Assembly: GCF_044904565.1 (NCBI RefSeq)
Contig: NZ_JADIKD010000011.1
Span: 101,724-165,723 of the forward strand
Direction of reading: 5' to 3'
Source: Dyella koreensis
GTDB lineage: Bacteria > Pseudomonadota > Gammaproteobacteria > Xanthomonadales > Rhodanobacteraceae
Length of the DNA: 64,000 nt
Shown here: positions 56,588 to 64,000 of the stretch, piece after piece
How positions within the stretch are numbered: position 1 is the first letter of the stretch
Layout: each line of letters starts with the position of its first letter
Program-made: the position numbers and the translations under genes
Notes under the pieces: generated by a model
Told to the model about the DNA's origin: nothing
What the model saw: the letters and a program-made list of their open reading frames with translations, nothing else
The model's database searches: none

Positions 56588-56947
56588 TCAAGCGGCCAGA
56601 CTGGCCTTCGCCTTTTCTGCGATCGCGCCAAAAGCCTTGATGTCGTGCACGGCGATGTCTGCCAGCACCTTGCGGTCGACAGCGATGCCGGCCTTGGTCA
56701 GGCCATTGATCAGGCGGCTGTACGACAGGCCGAACTGACGGGCGGCAGCATTGATACGCACGATCCACAGGGCGCGGAACTGGCGCTTCTTCTGCTTGCG
56801 GCCGATATAGGCGTACTGACCAGCCTTGATGACGGCCTGGTTGGCAACGCGGAAGACTTTGCGACGGGCGTTGTAGTAACCCTTCGCGCGGCCGATGATT
56901 TTCTTGTGACGACGACGGGCGGTAACGCCACGCTTTACACGAGCCAT
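56588..56947 (-). CDS. rplT: 50S ribosomal protein L20
   Basis: [30 protein letters not shown]... Confidence 0.95.
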   Translation of the reverse strand: MARVKRGVTARRRHKKIIGRAKGYYNARRKVFRVANQAVIKAGQYAYIGRKQKKRQFRALWIVRINAAARQFGLSYSRLINGLTKAGIAVDRKVLADIAVHDIKAFGAIAEKAKASLAA

Positions 56948-56963
56948 GGTTTATCTCCTCGCC

Positions 56964-57161
56964 TTACAAGTACGGCAACATGCGTGCCACACCCTTGGTG
57001 TCGCATGCCTTGACGTGGTTGGTAGCGCGAAGATTGCGCTTACGCTTGGTCGACTTCTTGGTCAGGATGTGCGACTTGAAGGCGTGACCGGCCTTGAACT
57101 TGCCCGACGCGGTCTTGCGAAAACGCTTCGCGGCCGCCCGGTTGGTCTTGATCTTGGGCAT
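56964..57161 (-). CDS. rpmI: 50S ribosomal protein L35
   Basis: [45 protein letters not shown]... Confidence 0.93.
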   Translation of the reverse strand: MPKIKTNRAAAKRFRKTASGKFKAGHAFKSHILTKKSTKRKRNLRATNHVKACDTKGVARMLPYL

Positions 57162-57406
57162 GGAAATGCTCCGTATCTCGGTTTCTGACTGATCTGGCGG
57201 TGGCCCGAAGCCACGCTTTCCGTCCTGCCATGATCGGTTCACGACCCTTCCTGGCGGGTCGAACCGGCGATTATACGGAGGGACTGGCCGCAATGCCAGT
57301 CTTGGAGGGACTTGGCCGGAACGGAGAAACACGCTCCCGGGCTTAATAGGGCGCACAAACCAGCGCCCGCAAGAAAAAACGGCGACCCAGGGCCGCCGTT
57401 TATCCG

Positions 57407-57934
<528 letters not shown>

Positions 57935-57979
57935 ACCACTATCCTCCAGAAGATTGAACGAAGACGACCAGGCCGGCGA

Positions 57980-59881
57980 TCAGCGCCGCGCCTCGGTCTC
58001 CAGGCGCTCGATGAAGGCGGTCAGCGGCATGCTGCCCAAGTCTTCACCGGAACGGGTACGAACGGAAACAGCCCCTGCTTCCTTCTCGCGGTCACCGACC
58101 ACGAGCAGGTACGGGACCTTCTGCAACGTATGCTCGCGGATTTTATAGCCGACCTTCTCATTGCGCAAATCGGCCTGCACCCGGAAGCCTTTATCGACAA
58201 GGGTTTGCGTGACCTGGCGGACATAGTCGGACTGGGCGTCGGTAATGCTGAACACGGAGGCTTGCACCGGGGCCAGCCAGGCCGGCAGATTACCGGCGTG
58301 GTGCTCAATCAGGATGCCGATAAAGCGCTCCATGGACCCCACGATGGCCCGGTGCAGCATCACCGGGTGCTTGCGCTGGCTGTGCTCGTCCACGTACTCG
58401 GCGCCCAGGCGCTCGGGCATCATGAAATCCACCTGCATGGTGCCCACCTGCCAGGCACGGCCGATGGAGTCCTTCATGTGGTACTCGATCTTGGGGCCGT
58501 AGAAGGCGCCCTCGCCCGGCAGCTCTTCCCACTCGACACCCGCCGAACGCAATGCGGCACGCAGCGCGTCCTCGGCACGATCCCATACCTCATCGCTACC
58601 GATGCGCTTATCGGGACGCAGCGCGATCTTCAGCGCGATGTCTTCAAAACCGAAATCGCCGTAGACCTTCATGGCCTGCTGATGGAACGCCGTCACCTCG
58701 GGCTCGATCTGCGCTTCGGTACAGAAGATGTGGCCATCGTCCTGCGTGAAGGCACGCACGCGCATGATGCCGTGCAGCGCGCCCGAAGGCTCGTTGCGAT
58801 GACAGCCACCGAACTCGCCATAGCGCACCGGTAGGTCGCGGTAGCTGTGCAGGTTGGTGTTGTAGATCTGCACGTGGCCCGGGCAGTTCATCGGCTTCAG
58901 CGCATAGGTGCGCTTCTCCGACTCGGTGAAGAACATGTTTTCCTGGTAGTTGTCCCAGTGGCCCGACTTCTTCCACAGGCTCACGTCCATGATCTGCGGG
59001 CCGCGCACTTCCTGGTAGCCGCTGCTGCGATACACACCGCGGACGTACTGCTCCACGGCCTGCCAGATGGCCCAGCCGTTCGGATGCCAGAACACCATGC
59101 CGGGCGCTTCTTCCTGCTGGTGGAACAGGTCCAGCGCCTTGCCGATCTTGCGGTGATCGCGCTTCTCGGCCTCTTCCAGCTGGTGCAGGTAGGCCTTGAG
59201 ATCCTTATCGTTGAGCCACGCGGTGCCGTACACGCGCGTCAACATCGCGTTCTTGGAGTCGCCGCGCCAATAAGCGCCGGCCACCTTCATCAGTTTGAAC
59301 GCGCGCAGCTTGCCGGTGTTCGGCACGTGCGGGCCACGGCACAGATCGGTGAACTCGCCCTGCGTGTATAGCGACAGCTCTTCGTTCGAGGGAATGCTCT
59401 CGATGATCTCTGCCTTGTATTCCTCGCCGATGCCGCGGAAGAAATTCACTGCGTCATCGCGCGATTTCACGCTGCGCGTCACCGGCAGCTGTTCCTTCAC
59501 GATCTTCTCCATCTCCGCCTCGATCTTCACCAGATCGTCCGGCGTGAAGGGGCGCTCGTAGGCGAAGTCGTAATAAAAGCCGTTGTCGATCACCGGACCA
59601 ATGGTGACCTGCGCGCCGGGGTACAGGCGCTGCACGGCCTGCGCCAGCAGATGCGCGGTGGAGTGACGCAGGATTTCCAGCGCCTCCGGGCTCTTTTCGG
59701 TGACGATCTCGAGGCTGGCGTTGTGGTCGATGGGGAAGCTCGCATCCACCAGCTTGCCATCCACCTTCCCGGCCAGCGTGGCCTTGGCCAGACCGGCGCC
59801 AATGGAGGCGGCCACGTCCTGCACGGTAACGGGATGGTCGAACGGGCGCTTGCTGCCGTCGGGTAGCGTGATTTCAATCAT
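57980..59881 (-). CDS. thrS: Threonine--tRNA ligase
   Basis: [27 protein letters not shown]..., about 633 aa. Confidence 0.95.
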   Translation of the reverse strand: MIEITLPDGSKRPFDHPVTVQDVAASIGAGLAKATLAGKVDGKLVDASFPIDHNASLEIVTEKSPEALEILRHSTAHLLAQAVQRLYPGAQVTIGPVIDNGFYYDFAYERPFTPDDLVKIEAEMEKIVKEQLPVTRSVKSRDDAVNFFRGIGEEYKAEIIESIPSNEELSLYTQGEFTDLCRGPHVPNTGKLRAFKLMKVAGAYWRGDSKNAMLTRVYGTAWLNDKDLKAYLHQLEEAEKRDHRKIGKALDLFHQQEEAPGMVFWHPNGWAIWQAVEQYVRGVYRSSGYQEVRGPQIMDVSLWKKSGHWDNYQENMFFTESEKRTYALKPMNCPGHVQIYNTNLHSYRDLPVRYGEFGGCHRNEPSGALHGIMRVRAFTQDDGHIFCTEAQIEPEVTAFHQQAMKVYGDFGFEDIALKIALRPDKRIGSDEVWDRAEDALRAALRSAGVEWEELPGEGAFYGPKIEYHMKDSIGRAWQVGTMQVDFMMPERLGAEYVDEHSQRKHPVMLHRAIVGSMERFIGILIEHHAGNLPAWLAPVQASVFSITDAQSDYVRQVTQTLVDKGFRVQADLRNEKVGYKIREHTLQKVPYLLVVGDREKEAGAVSVRTRSGEDLGSMPLTAFIERLETEARR

Positions 59882-59896
59882 GTCGGTACCTGATGC

Positions 59897-60003
59897 GCAC
59901 CCTGGTAAGGGGTGCCTTTTCTGAAGAATCCGGCCATGGATGGCCGGTTTTGCTTTGCCCGTCTGGATGAAAGGCAAAAATAAAGGCGCCGCGCGCCCTT
60001 TTG
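59897..60003 (-). promoter_or_regulatory. Structured thrS 5' leader (three hairpins, one terminator-like)
   Basis: Minus strand GGGCGCGCGGCGCC followed by TTTATTTTTG (about 59965-59998), then CCGGCCATccATGGCCGG (59929-59947), and GCACCC-cttacca-GGGTGC (59897-59915) directly 5' of the start codon. Confidence 0.4.
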
Positions 60004-60210
60004 TGGAAGCACAAGGCGTGGCGAGATCAGCGTTGGAAGGTGGTAGTTGCCATGTCGCACACTCGGCCGGCGCTTGGACGCGGGCCACCTTGTCTCTCGG
60101 GTTGGATCGCAGAAAGCTAGTTTAGCCCATCGCCCGCTGTCAATTCAGCGGATTTCGAAAGTCTTGGCCCCAACCGATAGAATCGCTGGCTGATCTTCCA
60201 GGACACCCCG

Positions 60211-61221
60211 ATGCGCATCCTCGTCACAGGAACGGCCGGCTTCGTCGGCGCCGCCCTCACCGAACGCCTGCTCGCCCGCAGCGACGAAGTCTACGGCATC
60301 GACAACCACAACGATTACTACGACCCATCGCTGAAGGAAGCGCGCCTGGCCCGCTTCAACCAGCATCCGGCCTATACCCATCTGCGCGCCGATCTCGCGG
60401 ACGCCGTGGCGGTCAATCAGGCCTTCGAGACGTTCAAACCGCAGCGCGTGGTGAACCTGGCCGCCCAGGCGGGCGTGCGCTATTCGCTGAAGAACCCGCA
60501 GGCTTACGTACAAAGCAACCTGGTCGGCTTCACCAACATCCTGGAAGCCTGCCGCCATCACCAGGCCGAACATCTGGTCTATGCCTCGTCCAGCTCGGTC
60601 TACGGTGCCAACCGCAAGTTGCCATTCGCGGTGGACGATCCGGTGGACCATCCTGTCAGCATCTACGCCGCCAGCAAAAAGGCGAACGAACTGATGGCGC
60701 ATACCTATAGCCATCTGTTCGGCCTGCCGACCACCGGTCTGCGCTTCTTCACGGTGTACGGCCCCTGGGGCCGTCCGGATATGTCGCCCATGCTGTTCGC
60801 CGATCGCATCAGCAAGGGCGAGCCCATCGACGTATTCAACTTCGGCAACCACAGCCGCGATTTCACTTATATCGACGACATCGTCGAGGGCGTGATCCGC
60901 ACGCTGGACCACCCGGCTCAGCCCGATCCCGCCTATGACGCCGAGCGACCGAATCCCGGCAGCTCAAACGCGCCCTATCGCGTCTACAACATCGGCAACG
61001 ACCAGCCCGTGCAGTTGTTGCGCTTCATCGAACTGATGGAGCAGAACCTGGACCGTACCGTCGAAAAGCGCCTGCTGCCGATGCAGCCTGGCGACGTGCC
61101 GGATACCTGGGCCGACGTCTCGGCACTGCGCCGCGACGTCGGTTACGCGCCGAGCACGTCGATCGAAGAAGGCGTGAAACGCTTCGTGTCGTGGTATCGC
61201 GAATACCACGGCCTCAGCTGA
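60211..61221 (+). CDS. NAD-dependent epimerase (UDP-glucuronate 4-epimerase family)
   Basis: MRILVTGTAGFVGAALTERLL...YASSSSVYG...YAASKKANE... Confidence 0.88.
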   Translation: MRILVTGTAGFVGAALTERLLARSDEVYGIDNHNDYYDPSLKEARLARFNQHPAYTHLRADLADAVAVNQAFETFKPQRVVNLAAQAGVRYSLKNPQAYVQSNLVGFTNILEACRHHQAEHLVYASSSSVYGANRKLPFAVDDPVDHPVSIYAASKKANELMAHTYSHLFGLPTTGLRFFTVYGPWGRPDMSPMLFADRISKGEPIDVFNFGNHSRDFTYIDDIVEGVIRTLDHPAQPDPAYDAERPNPGSSNAPYRVYNIGNDQPVQLLRFIELMEQNLDRTVEKRLLPMQPGDVPDTWADVSALRRDVGYAPSTSIEEGVKRFVSWYREYHGLS

Positions 61222-61230
61222 TCGCTTCCG

Positions 61231-61677
61231 TCAGAACGGTTTGGCGATCACCAGAAAAATCACGCCCAGCAGCACAAACACCGGCAACTCGTTGAGCAAC
61301 CGCAGCGTCCGCGCCGGTGGCAGGGAACCGCCCTTGACGCTGCGCTTCACCAGTCGGCCGCTCCAGATGTAATAGGCCAGCAACAGCACGACGAGGCTCA
61401 GCTTGGCGTGCAGCCACCCGGCCTCGCCAAAATTCGGCAGCGTGCCAGGAAACACGCGCCAGCCCTGCCAAAGGGTTACGCCGAACAACAAGGCCATGCC
61501 GAACATGCTGTGTCCGAATTTGTACAGGCGCAGCCCCATCAGCTCCAGCCGGGCCTTGACCGCGGGTTCGCTACCAGCCTCGGCGATATTCACCAGGATC
61601 CGCGGCAGATAGAAAATCGACGCGACCCAGGCCATCACAAACAGCAGATGCAGGCTCTTGATCCATAAGTAGGTCAT
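61231..61677 (-). CDS. hemJ: Protoporphyrinogen oxidase HemJ (UPF0093/TIGR00701)
   Basis: MTYLWIKSLHLLFVMAWVASIFYLPRILVN... is a HemJ signature. Confidence 0.85.
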   Translation of the reverse strand: MTYLWIKSLHLLFVMAWVASIFYLPRILVNIAEAGSEPAVKARLELMGLRLYKFGHSMFGMALLFGVTLWQGWRVFPGTLPNFGEAGWLHAKLSLVVLLLAYYIWSGRLVKRSVKGGSLPPARTLRLLNELPVFVLLGVIFLVIAKPF

Positions 61678-61745
61678 GACGGGACTTCCGGAGGGCGGGG
61701 GCCTGCCGGATGGTACGTGGATCGCGTCGTCGCGTCAGCGGCCGA

Positions 61746-62459
61746 TCACTCGGCGCGCATGCCACCGAGCACCGGCTCCACTTCGCCCGGTCCGACGACC
61801 CGCGCAAGAAAGGTCCGGCCGCTAGCATCGTTGCGCACGCGCACCACCTTGCCCGCTTCCGCCTTTTGCATAGCCGTGCCAGCCGCGGCGACCCGGAATC
61901 CATGCTGGCTCGACACAATGCGCACCGCCTGCGCCCTACGCACCCCCTCGCCCGCCTTGAGGAAGCGGACCTGCACCGCCTGCCCGGCCCGCAACGGTCG
62001 CTGGCTGTTACGCCCCACGATCCGGCCGGCTTCAGCGGTGGCATCCGGCCGCAGCGCCATATCCTGTTCGGCGAGTTTCAAATCGCCCTGCTCAATGGTC
62101 ACGCCCGCCGCAATCGGTTGCCGCGCCGACCAAACCAAAGCACGCACCGAAGCGCGCACGATATAAGTCTGAGCACTCCCGTCCGGACAACTCGCCGAGA
62201 AATGGAGCCGTGACGGTTGCGTGGTATCGACAGCCGTGACCTTCAACGCCTGTCCACACGACGGTACCGGTCGCCGCTGCGGCAATACCATCACGTCGAT
62301 GCGCGGACTTTTCAATTGCTCCTGCCTGGCCCAGTCCGCCAGCCAGGAACGTGCCGCTCCCATCACCACATCGTCCACGTCAGTCGCCGCATCGACCCGC
62401 CACGGCATGACCGAGAGCAACCCGGCGATCAACATGGACGGCAGAAAAGAACATCGCAT
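61746..62459 (-). CDS. flgA: Flagellar basal-body P-ring formation chaperone FlgA
   Basis: A signal peptide and an SAF/FlgA domain, divergent from flgBCD. Confidence 0.8.
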   Translation of the reverse strand: MRCSFLPSMLIAGLLSVMPWRVDAATDVDDVVMGAARSWLADWARQEQLKSPRIDVMVLPQRRPVPSCGQALKVTAVDTTQPSRLHFSASCPDGSAQTYIVRASVRALVWSARQPIAAGVTIEQGDLKLAEQDMALRPDATAEAGRIVGRNSQRPLRAGQAVQVRFLKAGEGVRRAQAVRIVSSQHGFRVAAAGTAMQKAEAGKVVRVRNDASGRTFLARVVGPGEVEPVLGGMRAE

Positions 62460-62608
62460 CGGCGTTCCCTATGAATAGTTGTATCGGAAGGGTCGCCATT
62501 ATCCCGGGCCAACCACACCCCAGGTGCTCAAAGTCTTTTCAGATTTCCCGGCCTCCCAAGGAACGGTCCTTACCATCACGCCCATTCAAACGTACGGAAC
62601 ACCGCACG

Positions 62609-62971
62609 ATGGGTATCCATCTCGAACGCGCACTGGGCGTACATCCCGACGCACTCAAACTGCGCGCGGAGCGCACCAAGATCCTCGCTTCCAATCTCGC
62701 CAACGACAGCACGCCGGGCTATCAGGCCCGCGATATCGATTTCCGCGCCAGCCTGCGCGACGCCATGCATGGCCAGTCCTCAGGCTTGTCGTTCGAGTCC
62801 GACCGTCTGCAATACCGCGTCCCCAGCCGCGCCGCACAAGACGGCAATACCGTCGAACTCGGTATCGAGCAGGCGGAATTCGCACAGAACGCTATCGACT
62901 TCCAGACCAGCCTGACCTTCCTGAACATGAAGCTCAAAGGCCTGTCCGAAGCCATTACCGGAAATACCTGA
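62609..62971 (+). CDS. flgB: Flagellar basal-body rod protein FlgB
   Basis: MGIHLERALGVHPDALKLRAERTKILASNLANDSTPGYQARDIDF... Confidence 0.9.
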   Translation: MGIHLERALGVHPDALKLRAERTKILASNLANDSTPGYQARDIDFRASLRDAMHGQSSGLSFESDRLQYRVPSRAAQDGNTVELGIEQAEFAQNAIDFQTSLTFLNMKLKGLSEAITGNT

Positions 62972-62973
62972 GC

Positions 62974-63372
62974 ATGAGTTTCAGAGATGTCTCCCGCATT
63001 GCGGGCTCCGCCATGAGTGCGCAGACCGTGCGTCTGAACACCGTGGCCAGCAACCTCGCCAATGCCGGTACTGCAGGCACCGAAGAGAGTGCCTACCGGG
63101 CACGCAAACCGGTCTTCGCTTCCGTCTTCGACGGCGTTGGCGCGCGCGTGCAAGTACTGGATGTCATCAGCAGCCAGGAGCCGCTGGACGCCCGTCACGA
63201 GCCGGGCCATCCGATGGCCGACGACAACGGCATGGTGTTCTACGCCAACGTCAGTCCCGTCGAGGAAATGACCGACATGATGGCCGCTTCGCGAGCCTTC
63301 TCCACCAACGTGGAGGTCCTTGCGCGTGTGAACAGCATGCAGCAGGAACTTCTCAAATTAGGCCAACGCTGA
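62974..63372 (+). CDS. flgC: Flagellar basal-body rod protein FlgC
   Basis: MSFRDVSRIAGSAMSAQTVRLNTVASNLANAGT... Confidence 0.92.
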   Translation: MSFRDVSRIAGSAMSAQTVRLNTVASNLANAGTAGTEESAYRARKPVFASVFDGVGARVQVLDVISSQEPLDARHEPGHPMADDNGMVFYANVSPVEEMTDMMAASRAFSTNVEVLARVNSMQQELLKLGQR

Positions 63373-64000
63373 TGCAGATCAACAACAACACAACCTACGA
63401 CGCCGGCGTGCCTGGCACTAACGACAACAACGTCGCGCCCCCCGGTGGCGGCTCCATCTCGGACATGTTCACCACCCTTCTGGTGGCGCAGATTCAGAAC
63501 CAGGATCCGCTGGCACCGATGGAAGCCAGTCAGTTCGTCACCCAGTTCGCGCAATTGAGCCAGGTCGAAGCCATGCAGCAGATGGCCAGCCTGACTTCCG
63601 CCTCCGCCGCCATGCAGGAAAGCATGCTGGTGGTCACTCTGGGCTCGCAGGTGGGCTCCAACGTGATGGTTGCTGCCGACTCGGTGGAACTGAGCGACCA
63701 ACCCGTGAAGGGCGGCTTCGTGCTGGACAGCCCGACTGACGATGCCGCGCTGATCCTGACCGGCCCGGACGGCACCGAGCATCGCATCGAGCTGGGTCCC
63801 CACGAAGCAGGCAAGGTGGATTTCGAAATCGATCCCGACGCACTTGGCCTGCCACCCGGCAACTACAGCATGCGTGTGGATGCCGCGAGCGGCGAAACGC
63901 CCCGCACCGAACTACAGGGCGAACTCACGGGCGTGCGCCTTGGCACCGATGGCAGCGTCATCCTGACCGTCAGCGGCGTCGGCGACGTCGGCACCGGCGA
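63372..64000 (+). CDS. flgD: Flagellar hook capping/assembly protein FlgD (partial; continues beyond window)
   Basis: ATGA overlap with flgC. MQINNNTTYDAGVPG...ISDMFTTLLVAQIQNQDPLAPMEASQFVTQFAQLSQVEAMQ... Confidence 0.88.
   Translation, partial: MQINNNTTYDAGVPGTNDNNVAPPGGGSISDMFTTLLVAQIQNQDPLAPMEASQFVTQFAQLSQVEAMQQMASLTSASAAMQESMLVVTLGSQVGSNVMVAADSVELSDQPVKGGFVLDSPTDDAALILTGPDGTEHRIELGPHEAGKVDFEIDPDALGLPPGNYSMRVDAASGETPRTELQGELTGVRLGTDGSVILTVSGVGDVGTG

Overview
This 64 kb window is a high-GC (about 65-68%) chromosomal segment whose gene content and order resemble a Xanthomonadales/Lysobacterales-like gammaproteobacterium. Most of the window is core housekeeping, with several small accessory or repeat-bearing patches.

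From left to right the genes I can support are:
- suf Fe-S cluster operon on the minus strand: sufD (partial), sufC, an inserted DUF1311 gene, sufB, and an Rrf2 regulator.
- glnK-amtB.
- a heavy-metal RND efflux operon (small Cys/His protein, czcC, czcB, czcA/cusA).
- wbpA (UDP-GlcNAc 6-dehydrogenase).
- amgK-murU (MurNAc recycling bypass).
- a sterol-desaturase-family hydroxylase.
- a large Oar-like TonB-dependent receptor behind a long AT-rich leader.
- queA-tgt-yajC-secD-secF.
- a two-gene module of unknown function: a lipoprotein plus an 810-aa Ala-rich protein with a sorting-signal-like C-terminal tail.
- an SPFH protein with rtcB, next to two tandem tRNA-like sequences that look structurally abnormal.
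- a LuxR-type response regulator, two tandem HisKA_3 sensor kinases, and an ABC-2 exporter.
- a class-III aminotransferase, psiF, and upp.
- an ExeM/NucH-type secreted nuclease.
- an EAL-CBS-GGDEF protein.
- pip, a D2HGDH-like FAD oxidase divergent from serA, and a frameshifted qor.
- zf-UBP, tRNA-Pro(GGG), a MerR regulator, ihfA, pheT, pheS, rplT, rpmI, infC, thrS.
- a UDP-glucuronate epimerase, hemJ, flgA, and flgBCD (flgD partial).

I found no CRISPR array, integrase or prophage signature. Two unrelated intergenic repeat families occur in multiple copies. All coordinates were derived by hand from the ORF table and manual reverse-complementing, so they may be off by 1-2 nt. Similarity claims are from memory and motif reading, not from searches.
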